DNA of 64,000 nucleotides, taken from NCBI GenBank assembly GCA_963719085.1, contig CAVRAL010000004.1:288001-352000 (forward strand), read 5' to 3'. The notes beneath the pieces were generated by a model that was not told the DNA's origin, made no database searches, and saw only the letters and a list, made by a program, of their open reading frames with translations. Positions 29,590 through 38,991 of this stretch are shown here, piece after piece. Every line of letters starts with the position of its first letter. The first letter of the stretch is position 1. Source of the stretch: a candidate division FCPU426 bacterium. GTDB lineage: Bacteria > Oederibacteriota > Muellerivitia > Muellerivitales > Muellerivitaceae. The position numbers were made by a program, and so were the translations under genes.

Positions 29590-30186
29590 CTAGAACTTTA
29601 AGGAAACGACCGAGTAAGTCGGTTGAAAGGCTTTTTGGGTTTTCACCCACGCCGGATCCTGCGCGAAGGCCTGCTGAAAGCGGATATCACGCGCGGCGGC
29701 CAAGCGCGCGGGCAAGGGTCCTTGGGATTCTTGCACTTCATAGTCCCGGGGCATGATCAAGGCCCCCACGCCGATTCCCCCGCATAGCCCTAAGGCCCCG
29801 CCGATAAACATGTCTTGCGTGGTCGCGTTGGTCAGGGTATAGGCCAAGACCAGCCCCGCGCCCAACCCCACGATCCCCGAAGCCACGATCACGACGGTTT
29901 TTTGCCCGTTATTGACTGAGGGCCCATGGTCTTGGTTTTCCAAATCTTTATATTGGGCTTCCTTAGATTCCTTATCCAGTCCGTTGATCCAATCGCTGAG
30001 GAAAAAGCCGGTGGGCCGGTTCACTTTTTCTTTGGGGTCGCTTAAGGAACTATCGTCTTCCCACCAAAGGGCTTGGGCCTTGGGGGTGAACCCGGGGAAA
30101 AGGCCCAACAGCTGCGCCATCAAGGCCAGCGCCAATAAAATTCGGGGAAGTTTCGAAGGCATAAAGGGGATTATACCTTTAAACAA
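29590..30186 (-). CDS. Hypothetical exported/membrane protein with glycine-zipper-like segments
   Basis: Signal-like N-terminus and two Gly-rich hydrophobic helices; occupies an operon position. Confidence 0.6.
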   Translation of the reverse strand: MFKGIIPFMPSKLPRILLALALMAQLLGLFPGFTPKAQALWWEDDSSLSDPKEKVNRPTGFFLSDWINGLDKESKEAQYKDLENQDHGPSVNNGQKTVVIVASGIVGLGAGLVLAYTLTNATTQDMFIGGALGLCGGIGVGALIMPRDYEVQESQGPLPARLAAARDIRFQQAFAQDPAWVKTQKAFQPTYSVVSLKF

Positions 30187-30219
30187 ACGGTTGAAAAGCC
30201 AAAAAGGGTCCGGGGAAAT

Positions 30220-31332
30220 TCAGCGGGGAGCGGGTTTTTGAATGACTCCCCCGCCCACCACAACCTCCCCGTCATAAAAAACCGTGGATTGGCCGGGAGT
30301 GACGGCCCGGGCCGGATCCTTTAAAACCACCCGCACCCGCTTGGGCCCCTCGGGGTAAAGCGTCGCGGGTTGCTCCAAAGACCGGTAGCGGATCTTGGCC
30401 AAGGCTTCCCGCGGCTCAGTCAAGGGCTCCCAGGCCACCCAATTCATTTCAGCCACGGAAAATTCTTTCACGAAAGTATCTTTATCACGGCCCACGATCA
30501 CGGTGGCCGTGTCGGGATTGAGCTCCACCACGAAATAGGGGCCGCCCGAAAGGTTTAAGCCCTTGCGCTGGCCGATGGTGTAACCCGCAATGCCCTCATG
30601 GCGTCCGAGCAAATGACCGTCCACATCCACGATGTTGCCCGGTACAAAAGCGCGGGGCCGGTGGATCTTCACGAAGTCCCGGTAGCTGTTTTGGGTCACA
30701 AAACAAATTTCCATGCTTTCGGGTTTTTCAGCGATGTTAAGCTCCAGCCGGCGGGCGTCCTCGCGGACCTGCGCTTTCACCGTCTCGCCCAAGGGAAAAA
30801 GCAGATGGGACAAAAGCTTTTGGGTGAGCTTATAAAGCACGTAGCTTTGATCTTTGTCCGGATCCATGGCCTTCAAGATACGCCAACGGCCATTCACCGG
30901 GTCTTGATCGATGCGGGCGTAATGGCCCGTCGCCAGTTTTTCACAGCCCAGATTAAGGGCCTGTTGAAGTAAAAGTGGAAGCTTGGCGAAACGGTTGCAT
31001 TCCACGCAAGGGTTGGGGGTGATGCCTCTTTCGTACTCATCCAAAAACCGGTCCACCACATTGGCCTTAAAAACATCCAGGCCCTCATTGACGTAATGGG
31101 GCGCGCCCAGTTTCAACGCCACCGAGCGGGCGTCTTGGATATCCTCGACGGAGCAGCAGCGCTGGCCCTTGGGTTCCACAGTCTTGACCGTCACCGCGCC
31201 GTTCTCGCCGGGCGTGATTTCGCAGGGTAAAATTTTAAGGGTAAGCCCGACCACGTCGTGGCCCTGTTCCTTCAACAGCCCCAAGGCCACGCTGGAATCC
31301 ACTCCCCCGCTCATCGCCACGCCGATCTTCAT
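30220..31332 (-). CDS. mnmA: tRNA 2-thiouridylase MnmA
   Basis: AMSGGVDSS, TPNPCVECN, ATGHYA, KDQSY, EICF, TIGQRKG, TPGQ. Confidence 0.96.
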   Translation of the reverse strand: MKIGVAMSGGVDSSVALGLLKEQGHDVVGLTLKILPCEITPGENGAVTVKTVEPKGQRCCSVEDIQDARSVALKLGAPHYVNEGLDVFKANVVDRFLDEYERGITPNPCVECNRFAKLPLLLQQALNLGCEKLATGHYARIDQDPVNGRWRILKAMDPDKDQSYVLYKLTQKLLSHLLFPLGETVKAQVREDARRLELNIAEKPESMEICFVTQNSYRDFVKIHRPRAFVPGNIVDVDGHLLGRHEGIAGYTIGQRKGLNLSGGPYFVVELNPDTATVIVGRDKDTFVKEFSVAEMNWVAWEPLTEPREALAKIRYRSLEQPATLYPEGPKRVRVVLKDPARAVTPGQSTVFYDGEVVVGGGVIQKPAPR

Positions 31333-31358
31333 CCATCACTCCCAAATTTAAAAATCTT

Positions 31359-32540
31359 TTAACCCTTGGCGATCGCGTTCAACGCCGCCAGCGCTTTTTC
31401 AATTTCTTTCGCCGTATTGTAGTAGCCAAAGCTAAACCGAACGGTTCCCGTCGGGTAGGTGCCGATGGTTCGGTGCGCCAAAGGCGCGCAATGGAGCCCC
31501 ACCCGGCTCATGATGCCGAAACGCTCGTCCAATTCATAGCCTACTTCGGAAGGGTCTTTGCCCTCCACGTTCAAGGAAACCACCGCCACCCGGGCCGTCG
31601 TGCCCTCGCCCGGCAAACCGTAAAGCTTTAGCCCGTTAATTTTTTGAGCCTCTTTTAAAAACTGGCTGGTGAGCGCTTCCTCATGCCGTCTTATTTTTTG
31701 GACGCTGGTTTTTAAGATAAACTCGACCGCCGCCCTTAAACCCGCCAAGCCCCAATAATTTTGGGTGCCGCTCTCGAACTTATCCGGCCATTGGCCGGGC
31801 TGGAATTCCTGGTCGCTGTTGGACCCGGTCCCTCCCTCAATGAAAGAGTCTAAATTTCGTTTGGGAGAAACAATCAATCCCCCCGTTCCCGGCGGGCCCA
31901 TCAATCCTTTGTGGCCCGTGAAGGCGAGAAAATCAATTTTGAGGGCTTCCATATGGATCGGCACCGCGCCGGCGGTTTGGGCCGCGTCCACCAAATAAGC
32001 CACGCCCTTTTTTTCGCAAATTTCCCCCACTTCCGCCACCGGGGTCAGGTTCCCCGTCACGTTGGAGGCGTGGGTCAAGCAGACCAGTTTGGTATTGGGT
32101 TTAAGCGCCTTTTCAAAATCGTAAGGATTTAAACGCCCATGCGCGTTGGCGGGAACAATCGTGTAATCAATCCCCCGGTCAGCCTTGAGCTTATTGAGGG
32201 GCCGGATGACCGCGTTGTGCTCCAGGCTGGACAGCACCACATGGTCGCCCGTCTTTAAAAAACCCTTCAAGGCGGTATTGAGCGCCTCGGTGACATTTTT
32301 GGTGAAAAGAATCCGGTCGGAGCGGGTCACGCCGAATAATTTGGCCAGTGCCGCCCGGGCGCCGTAAACCATCTCATTGGCGGCGATGCCCTTGCCATAG
32401 GCGCCCCGGCCGTGTGACACGCCGATGTCCCCGGCGTAGCTCACCAGGGCCTTCAAAACTTGAGGCGGTTTTTGCCGGCTGGTTGCGGCGGCGTCCAAAT
32501 AAATGGATTTTTGTTTTTTGGTTTTCACTTTAGGTTTCAT
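31359..32540 (-). CDS. Cysteine desulfurase (class V PLP enzyme)
   Basis: YLDAAAT, EHNAV, DAAQ, TGHKGLMGP, RVGLHCA. Confidence 0.92.
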   Translation of the reverse strand: MKPKVKTKKQKSIYLDAAATSRQKPPQVLKALVSYAGDIGVSHGRGAYGKGIAANEMVYGARAALAKLFGVTRSDRILFTKNVTEALNTALKGFLKTGDHVVLSSLEHNAVIRPLNKLKADRGIDYTIVPANAHGRLNPYDFEKALKPNTKLVCLTHASNVTGNLTPVAEVGEICEKKGVAYLVDAAQTAGAVPIHMEALKIDFLAFTGHKGLMGPPGTGGLIVSPKRNLDSFIEGGTGSNSDQEFQPGQWPDKFESGTQNYWGLAGLRAAVEFILKTSVQKIRRHEEALTSQFLKEAQKINGLKLYGLPGEGTTARVAVVSLNVEGKDPSEVGYELDERFGIMSRVGLHCAPLAHRTIGTYPTGTVRFSFGYYNTAKEIEKALAALNAIAKG

Positions 32541-32607
32541 GATCAGCTTTCTAGGATTCATCTTAAGGCGGGGGAATTCAAAAATCAAAAATCTTGGTTT
32601 TTTTCTT

Positions 32608-32629
32608 CCTTGGTGTCTTGGCGGTGAAA
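32608..32629. repeat. Single arm of the CGCCAAG-unit element
   Basis: CCTTGGTGTCTTGGCGGTGAAA is nearly identical to the right arm of 17893..18008. Confidence 0.65.
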
Positions 32630-32647
32630 TCGGTTTTTGAATGCCTT

Positions 32648-33043
32648 CTAGCTCTCTTTGCTCTTGGGCATCTCCACGACTTTGCCTGTGTCTTCCATTT
32701 GGCAGTTGCCCTCAAAAACCGCGCCCTCTTCAATGAGAAGCGAAGGCGTGGAAAGATCGCCTTCCACCCGGGCGGTGGATTGGAATTCCAGGCGCTGATA
32801 AGCCGTCACATTGCCCTTCACCCGGCCGCCGATGACGACCGTTTTGGCCGAAACATTTCCGCGGATAAGTCCCTTGGGCCCGATAATGATACCGTCTTCG
32901 CTCACGACGTTTCCGTAAATCTCGCCGTCCACCCGGATGCTGTGTTTGGAGTTATAGCTTCCGCGCAAGGAAGCGTCATTGCCGATGATGGTGTCCACGC
33001 GCCCGATTCCCTTGGCCGTCGGCCCGAAAGCGAAAATTCCCAT
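32648..33043 (-). CDS. Bactofilin (polymer-forming cytoskeletal protein)
   Basis: Beta-helix repeats IRVDGEIYGNV, GRVKGNV, IEEGAVFEGNCQM; adjacent to an M23 peptidase, a common pairing. Confidence 0.92.
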   Translation of the reverse strand: MGIFAFGPTAKGIGRVDTIIGNDASLRGSYNSKHSIRVDGEIYGNVVSEDGIIIGPKGLIRGNVSAKTVVIGGRVKGNVTAYQRLEFQSTARVEGDLSTPSLLIEEGAVFEGNCQMEDTGKVVEMPKSKES

Positions 33044-33077
33044 AAAAGTTCCTTCGTTCAAAATTTCAAACAATTTT

Positions 33078-33160
33078 TACATTGATGGACGCAGATTAAG
33101 AAAAACAAGATCTCGCCGACTTCATCATCTTCATCCGCGTTCATCTGCGTCCATCATTGC
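33078..33160. repeat. Intergenic palindrome, ACGCAGATGA-unit type
   Basis: ACATTGATGGACGCAGAT ... ATCCGCGTTCATCTGCGTCCATCATTG. Confidence 0.8.
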
Positions 33161-33168
33161 TAATTGCC

Positions 33169-34086
33169 TTAGTCGACTTTGGGAAGATAAGGCATGGGAT
33201 CCACGGGAATTCCATGGATACGCACCTCATAATGACAATGGCTTCCCGTACTCATGCCGGTGGAGCCCATATAGCCGATCACCTGGCCCCGCGTCACCTC
33301 ATCGCCCACCTTCACCTCGACCCGGTTGCAATGACCGTAGCGGGTGCTGAAACCGTAACCGTGCTCGATCACGACCACCCGGCCATAACCGGATTCCCAT
33401 CCGGCGTAGGTCACCAATCCATCGGCGGTGGCGTGGATGGGCGTGTTGACCTCATTGGCGATATCCACCCCCATGTGCCGTCCCGGCTCCCCGGTGAGCG
33501 GGTTCATGCGCTTGCCGAATCCGGAGGTCACCCAACCCTTCACGGGCCAGATGGAAGGCGTGGCGGCCAAAATGGAGCGCTGTTTATCGAGGAAAAAACT
33601 GATCTGCTGGAAGCTGGCTTCCTGCTGGCTGGCTTCCTGGTTGGTTTGTTTTAAATCGGCCTGCACCTTGGTCAGAAGCTGCTCGTTTTTTTCTTCCAGT
33701 AATTTGGAGAACCGGGAAGAATCCTCTTCCGTGGGCCCCCCCATGCCGTCATAGGCGAGAATGGTTTTGCGGTCGCCCAACTTCAATAGTTTGCGGAACT
33801 GGGAATCCACGCCTGCCATGCTGGACAAAAGCTGTCGGTTGGTTTGAAGCTCATCGGTAATTTCATTCATGCTGGAGCGCATGTGCTCGTCATTGAGCCG
33901 GGCCAAATGGTAATCCACGTCCTGTCCGGTCAAGAAAAGGGCCCAAGCCAGCAAAGCGGCCAAACCCAACAAGCCGCCATGAATGACGCATAAATGGGTC
34001 TTGATATGAATGGATTTTTCCCCGTCGTGGGGGATGATCATGAAAGTGATTTTTTTCTTTAAGTAAGAGCGGATGGGATGCGGCAT
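33169..34086 (-). CDS. M23 family metallopeptidase
   Basis: TM segment and coiled coil, PSIWPVKG, HMGVD, YGH, STGSHCHYEV. Start codon uncertain. Confidence 0.92.
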   Translation of the reverse strand: MPHPIRSYLKKKITFMIIPHDGEKSIHIKTHLCVIHGGLLGLAALLAWALFLTGQDVDYHLARLNDEHMRSSMNEITDELQTNRQLLSSMAGVDSQFRKLLKLGDRKTILAYDGMGGPTEEDSSRFSKLLEEKNEQLLTKVQADLKQTNQEASQQEASFQQISFFLDKQRSILAATPSIWPVKGWVTSGFGKRMNPLTGEPGRHMGVDIANEVNTPIHATADGLVTYAGWESGYGRVVVIEHGYGFSTRYGHCNRVEVKVGDEVTRGQVIGYMGSTGMSTGSHCHYEVRIHGIPVDPMPYLPKVD

Positions 34087-34204
34087 GAAGGTTGGAAAGA
34101 CTCCTGGTCGAGGGTTTTGGCTCAACCACCAAAATAAATCGGGATGGTGGGCCTGTCAACGACGAACCCCCCATCCCATGGAAAAGGTTACCCTGAGGAG
34201 GGGT

Positions 34205-34939
34205 TTAAGCCTGGCGCCCGCCCGTTTTGATGAAACGATGGGCCTTTTCAAAAAGAATTTGACGGTCGTAATCCAGGGGGATCACGTGATCGGAGCGGTC
34301 CAGATAAATCAGGTGCTTGAGCTTCGATCCCAAGGCTTGGTAGACCAAGCCGCCATTGAGGGGCGGCACCATGGAATCTTTTCGCCCTTGAAGCACCAAG
34401 GCCGGCGCCGTGACATAAGGCAAATCCTCTTCCACGTGGCGCATCAATTTTTTCAGCTCGTAAAGACTTTTCGTCGCCAAATAGGGATAGGTCTCGTGCT
34501 TCGGCGCCGAAGAGTCCAATACTCCCCCGGCCAAATTAGACGTGCGCCATTGCAGAAACCTGAAAAAGGCGATGCCGTTAAACCGAAAATCAGGAATGCG
34601 GATCGGGGCCGCCATGGAAATCACCCCGGCCACTGGAAAATGCGCCGCCAAATGCAGCGCCTGGTCGGCGCCCATGGAAAGGCCCGCCAAATAAATTTTA
34701 GAGCAGCGGCGCCGTAAAACTTCTAAGGCTTCCCGCGCGCTTTGGGACCAATCCTGCCAGCGGGTCTTCGCCAAGTCTTGAGCCGACGTGCCATGACCCT
34801 TGAGCCAAGGCCCCAGCGTGGAATAACCCTTGGCGGCCAAATAATCGCCCAGCGGTTTTACCTCCGACGGCGCTCCGCTGAGTCCATGGAGCAGCAGAAT
34901 CCCGGTTTTTCCCTTGCGGGCCTCAAATCCAACGCGCAT
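34205..34939 (-). CDS. Carboxylesterase (alpha/beta hydrolase)
   Basis: LLHGLSG, GLSMG nucleophile elbow, QGRKD, SDH. Confidence 0.9.
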   Translation of the reverse strand: MRVGFEARKGKTGILLLHGLSGAPSEVKPLGDYLAAKGYSTLGPWLKGHGTSAQDLAKTRWQDWSQSAREALEVLRRRCSKIYLAGLSMGADQALHLAAHFPVAGVISMAAPIRIPDFRFNGIAFFRFLQWRTSNLAGGVLDSSAPKHETYPYLATKSLYELKKLMRHVEEDLPYVTAPALVLQGRKDSMVPPLNGGLVYQALGSKLKHLIYLDRSDHVIPLDYDRQILFEKAHRFIKTGGRQA

Positions 34940-34979
34940 CGGATGCTCCTTGTCTTAAGAACTGCCAGCAAAACCTTTT

Positions 34980-35066
34980 TACATTGATGGACGCAGATGA
35001 ACGCAGATTTTCCGGAACATTCATTCGAACTTAAATCTGTGTTCATCTGCGTCCATCATTGTTCAA
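34980..35066. repeat. Intergenic palindrome, ACGCAGATGA-unit type
   Basis: ACATTGATGGACGCAGATGAACGCAGATTT ... AAATCTGTGTTCATCTGCGTCCATCATTGTTCAA. Confidence 0.85.
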
Positions 35067-35089
35067 TGAATTTGAGTTTTATTGGGGCC

Positions 35090-35674
35090 TTAGCCTTTCG
35101 CGGCGGCGGCCGCGTCCATTTTCTCGATCTGCTGGATCGTGAATAAAATCTCGTCGTCCGTGGGCCGGTCCTGCGGATTTTGTCCCACGTACTTGAAACG
35201 GATTATTTTGGTGGGATCGATAATGACGACCGCGGGGCGGCTGATGTCTTTCCCATCGTGGCCCTGGGGATGCCGCACGCCGAAGGCGTCGATCAGCTTT
35301 AATTGGGTATCGGCCAAAAGCGGGAAAGGAAACCGCCATTGCTCATTGAAGGCCGCCGCGTCCTCGACCGGATCCACGCTCACGGCCGCGAGGGCCGCAT
35401 GCAGGGTTGAGAATTTCTCGAAATCATCCTTCAGGTTTAAAAGCTGGTTTTGGCAGGCCGAGCACCAATGGCCCCGGTAAAAAACGAGCACCAAATACCA
35501 TCCGGGTTGAAGATCGGTGGATTTAAAGAAACGGCCGTCGCAGTTCTCCAGGGTAAAATCCGGGCATTTTTGCCCCAGCCCCACCACGCCGGCGGTCGAG
35601 GAGACCGAGGAACTGGGGCCGCAACCCGCCAGTAATAGTGAGACCGCCGCCGCGAAAACGAGGGTACGCTTCAT
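35090..35674 (-). CDS. Peroxiredoxin-like (AhpC/TSA) lipoprotein
   Basis: Lipobox LLAGC, FYRGHWCSAC, FPLLAD. Confidence 0.85.
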   Translation of the reverse strand: MKRTLVFAAAVSLLLAGCGPSSSVSSTAGVVGLGQKCPDFTLENCDGRFFKSTDLQPGWYLVLVFYRGHWCSACQNQLLNLKDDFEKFSTLHAALAAVSVDPVEDAAAFNEQWRFPFPLLADTQLKLIDAFGVRHPQGHDGKDISRPAVVIIDPTKIIRFKYVGQNPQDRPTDDEILFTIQQIEKMDAAAAAKG

Positions 35675-35783
35675 AAGGATAAAACCTTTTAAGTCGGGAT
35701 TAAAAACGCGAAAGGATTTGGAAGCCCCGCGCTTTCTTCAAAACCTATTCTATCGCATCCCGGCGTTAAATTTTCAAAATCCG

Positions 35784-35813
35784 TTGACAAACCCCGGAAG
35801 CCCTCCCAATAAT
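35784..35813 (+). promoter_or_regulatory. Sigma70-type promoter TTGACA-N18-AATAAT
   Basis: Upstream of leader ORF 1; same architecture as 40653..40682. Confidence 0.65.
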
Positions 35814-35849
35814 ATTTTTCGTTTCCGATCCGCTTCCAAGGCGCGTGGC

Positions 35850-36137
35850 ATGTTCCGATTCCGAAAAATTTCATTTTTCATCGCCTTGCTGGGCCTCACC
35901 GCCTTCGCGTCCCTTTCGGTGGCCGAAAACTTCCATCACCACGGCGACCTGGAAAGCCACGATGACTGCGCCATGTGCAGCTGGCAACAGGTCGATTCCA
36001 AGGCCACCGTCTCCGCCGCTCCCCCACAACTGATTCCGCTATTCGCGGTTTTGGTTTTAGAGATTGTTTCTTTCCCTTGGTTTTCCTTCCGGATGGTGCA
36101 AGCTTCCGGCAGGTCCCCCCCGGTTTCCATCGCTTAA
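35850..36137 (+). CDS. DUF2946/CruR-like leader protein 1 (95 aa; HHH, CxxC, RSPP)
   Basis: N-terminal hydrophobic segment, ENFHHH, CAMC and C-terminal GRSPP; precedes the TonB-dependent receptor. Confidence 0.75.
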   Translation: MFRFRKISFFIALLGLTAFASLSVAENFHHHGDLESHDDCAMCSWQQVDSKATVSAAPPQLIPLFAVLVLEIVSFPWFSFRMVQASGRSPPVSIA

Positions 36138-36237
36138 ACTTCAATTGAGCGGGAAAACCGGGAACAGGTCTTTTTTAACCCTTTCCGTCTTTTCGTTTTA
36201 AAACCCTTAAAAGCTTGTTCCTGTTTCTTTTCCCCCG

Positions 36238-36281
36238 GAAACCACGCTTGCGCGTGGTTTCTAAATCCCTTTTTAATTTTT
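36238..36281 (+). terminator. Hairpin plus T-rich tract between leader 1 and the receptor gene (candidate attenuator)
   Basis: GAAACCACGC-TTGC-GCGTGGTTTC followed by TAAATCCCTTTTTAATTTTT. Confidence 0.5.
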
Positions 36282-36355
36282 AAATCGACCAAGACCGGCC
36301 TCGAGGTTCAAAAACCTTAAGGTTTGGCCCTAAATCCTATTTGGAGGATATTTCA

Positions 36356-38785
36356 ATGAGATTCGTTTCCCGATGGTTTTGGCTTTTGTTTCTGTGTTGG
36401 GGTTTTAATGTAAGCGTCGCCCGCGCGACAGTTGACGGCGCCATTTCAGGCACCGTTTTGGATGACAAAGGCGTCGCGGTGCCCAACGCGAAGGTGACGA
36501 TTACGGGCAACGGCACTGAAAAGGACGTGGTGTCTTCAGCGACAGGAACTTTCCAGGCCTTTCCCTTAACCCTGGGGGATTACCAGGTTCAAGTTCAAGC
36601 GGACGGCTTTAGCCCCTATCAAGAAACCGTCGCGGTTTCGGGCGGCACCTCGTCCCTGGCGGTGGTCTTGCTGCCATCCGGTGAGATGCAAATGACGGTG
36701 AAAGCCAAACATCTGGTCTCCTCCGCGCCCGACAGCAGCCGGGCGTTAAATAAAGATGATATCGCCCAACTGCCGGGAGGCTCCACGACGAACCTTCCGA
36801 AATTGCTTTATACCACCACAGCCGGATTCGTGGAGGGTGACTTCGGGCAAGTCTTTACCCGGGGCAACCACGCCAACTTGCAATACCAGATCGACGGCAT
36901 CCAATTGCCCGATTCGGTGGGCGGCTCCTTTGGGGAAGCCTTCACCCCGGTCAACATCGACCACATGGAAATTTTAACCGGCGGCCTCCAGCCGGAGTTC
37001 GGTTCCCGCATGGCCGGCGTGGTGAATATCGTCACCAAGTCGGGCGCGATCACTCCCGGCGGTGAAATCGGCCTCAGCTACGGTTCCTACAACCAGACCG
37101 CCGATTACGCCAGCTACGGAGGGTCTGACGCCTCCGGAGCTTTTCATTACTACCTCTCGGCCAATTCCTTTTCCACCGACCGCGGGTTGGACACTCCCGC
37201 GCCGGCCGACATCAACGCCGACCAGAATGGCGGGAGCGAACAGGCGGTCCATGACAAAAGCTACGGCACGGACGCTTTCTTGAAGCTTGATTGGGTGGCG
37301 GACAACTCCAACAAGTTTGACCTGATCGCCTTCAGCGAGGACAAATTTTTCCAAATCCCGGACTATCCCAGTTCCTTTGATCCGGGCGGACCCAACTTCC
37401 AGTATTTCCTCAGTTCGGGGGATATCTACGGGAACGTCGTGAACTACGTTCCTTCCACCACCAACGACACCCAAGCCGAAGCCAACAAGTACATTGAATT
37501 AGCTTGGCGGCATAACTTCGGCGACGATTCTTTCCTTCAAATAGCGCCCTATTGGAAGGAATCCAACATCACCTTCACCAACGATCCGCAGGACGATCTG
37601 GCGGCGGCCTATAACACGCAGATCCAGGATCAGAACTCGGGGACGCCGTTCAGTATTTCCTCTTTCTCCGAGGACCGCACCAGCGACAACTATGGGACGC
37701 AGGCGGATTACACCTGGCACGCGGACGCCAACAACCTGGTCAAGATCGGGGGACAGGCCCTTTTGACGCAATCTTCCGGCCCCGTTTCCGTTACGGAAGC
37801 CAATTTTGACGGAACCCCGGGAGATCCGATCACGGTGGATGGCAGTGGGGATAATTCTACCGATGTGGGTTACCAAGAAGGCCTGTACGTCCAGGACGAA
37901 ATGGATCTGGCCAAGGGGCTGGTCTTAAGCGGGGGCGTGCGCTTTGACGCCATCCAATTTACCTTCCCGGGAGCGAATTCCAACGACAGCATGCTGGAAC
38001 CCCGGGTCGGCCTCAGCCTGCTTCCGGCCGAAGGTACCAAGATCCATTTCTTTTACGGCAAGATGTTCATGCCGGCCCCGCCGGAGGATCTGCGGGACAC
38101 CTTCGTCAATTTGGGCCAAGGGAACAGTTTGACGCCTTACGACCTCAAGGCCGAGAAGGACGATTATTTCGAAACCGGAATCGCCCAGCAGGTGGACAAC
38201 CAACTGTTCACCTTGAACGCTTACTACAAATACGCGTTGAATATGCTGGATGAAAACCAGCTTTTGAACACGGCTATCGCCCAACCCTTCAACTTCGCCT
38301 CCGGCTACGCCTATGGCCTTGAATTTTCCATGCGCGGGGAACTGGCCAAGGACTGGACTGATTTCGCCAATTATTCCTACGAGATCGCTAAGGGGCAGGG
38401 AATCAGCGGCGGTATCTTCGCCTTCCCCCCGGGGACCGATTTCGAACCTGGCGTCTACCAGTTCCTGGACCATTGCCAAATCCACACAGCCAACGCCGGA
38501 TTGACCTATAACCCCGGTGATATTTGGCTCACCGCCGAAGGTCTTTTTGGAGGGGGTTTGAGCACCGGCCCGGACAACACCTTGAGACTGCCGTCCCATT
38601 TCACCATGGACGCCACGGTGGGTTACGCCTTTCAGAAAGACAGCGGCCTATCAGGGATGAAAGCCAGCCTGGACGCGCTGAATCTCTTTGATAACCCCTA
38701 CACCATCTTCGTCGCCAATGGTTACAACGGGAATCATTACGAAAACGGACGGGAATTCATCTTCCGTTTGGCCAAGGTGTTCTAA
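36356..38785 (+). CDS. TonB-dependent receptor with N-terminal carboxypeptidase-regulatory-like domain
   Basis: GGAGGA RBS, signal peptide, plug motifs (YQIDG, GVVNIVTKSG), LEPRVG, NLFD and terminal Phe. Confidence 0.93.
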   Translation: MRFVSRWFWLLFLCWGFNVSVARATVDGAISGTVLDDKGVAVPNAKVTITGNGTEKDVVSSATGTFQAFPLTLGDYQVQVQADGFSPYQETVAVSGGTSSLAVVLLPSGEMQMTVKAKHLVSSAPDSSRALNKDDIAQLPGGSTTNLPKLLYTTTAGFVEGDFGQVFTRGNHANLQYQIDGIQLPDSVGGSFGEAFTPVNIDHMEILTGGLQPEFGSRMAGVVNIVTKSGAITPGGEIGLSYGSYNQTADYASYGGSDASGAFHYYLSANSFSTDRGLDTPAPADINADQNGGSEQAVHDKSYGTDAFLKLDWVADNSNKFDLIAFSEDKFFQIPDYPSSFDPGGPNFQYFLSSGDIYGNVVNYVPSTTNDTQAEANKYIELAWRHNFGDDSFLQIAPYWKESNITFTNDPQDDLAAAYNTQIQDQNSGTPFSISSFSEDRTSDNYGTQADYTWHADANNLVKIGGQALLTQSSGPVSVTEANFDGTPGDPITVDGSGDNSTDVGYQEGLYVQDEMDLAKGLVLSGGVRFDAIQFTFPGANSNDSMLEPRVGLSLLPAEGTKIHFFYGKMFMPAPPEDLRDTFVNLGQGNSLTPYDLKAEKDDYFETGIAQQVDNQLFTLNAYYKYALNMLDENQLLNTAIAQPFNFASGYAYGLEFSMRGELAKDWTDFANYSYEIAKGQGISGGIFAFPPGTDFEPGVYQFLDHCQIHTANAGLTYNPGDIWLTAEGLFGGGLSTGPDNTLRLPSHFTMDATVGYAFQKDSGLSGMKASLDALNLFDNPYTIFVANGYNGNHYENGREFIFRLAKVF

Positions 38786-38811
38786 AGCGAAAGGTTGGGT
38801 TTAAAAGCGAC

Positions 38812-38856
38812 AAGGCAGCGCCGGTTGGGTTCAGAGCCCAACCGGCATCTTGCCCT
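38812..38856 (+). terminator. Strong hairpin after the receptor gene
   Basis: GCCGGTTGGGTT-CAG-AGCCCAACCGGC with an outer GGCA/TGCC extension. No adjacent U tract on the plus strand; an A run follows. Confidence 0.45.
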
Positions 38857-38991
38857 TCTATAAAAAAATAAATTGATAGGCAGGTATCCCTTTAGGGGTT
38901 GCCGTTTTCAAAATCCAGATTCAGCGTCATTTTTGGGTACCACCCATATGACGCCGGATGTGGTTTTTGATAACAATCAAAAGGAAAAGAA

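Noticed and set aside
34141..34195. Hairpin and GTAACC upstream of the M23 gene as a riboswitch or ECF promoter
   Set aside because: The spacing to a CG -10 element is too long (about 21 nt) and there is no recognisable aptamer. A plain TTGACA-N17-TATTTT promoter explains the region adequately.
35517..35849. N-terminal extension of the 206-aa ORF containing leader 1
   Set aside because: It overlaps the opposite-strand peroxiredoxin and the promoter. The paralog supports the ATG at 35850.
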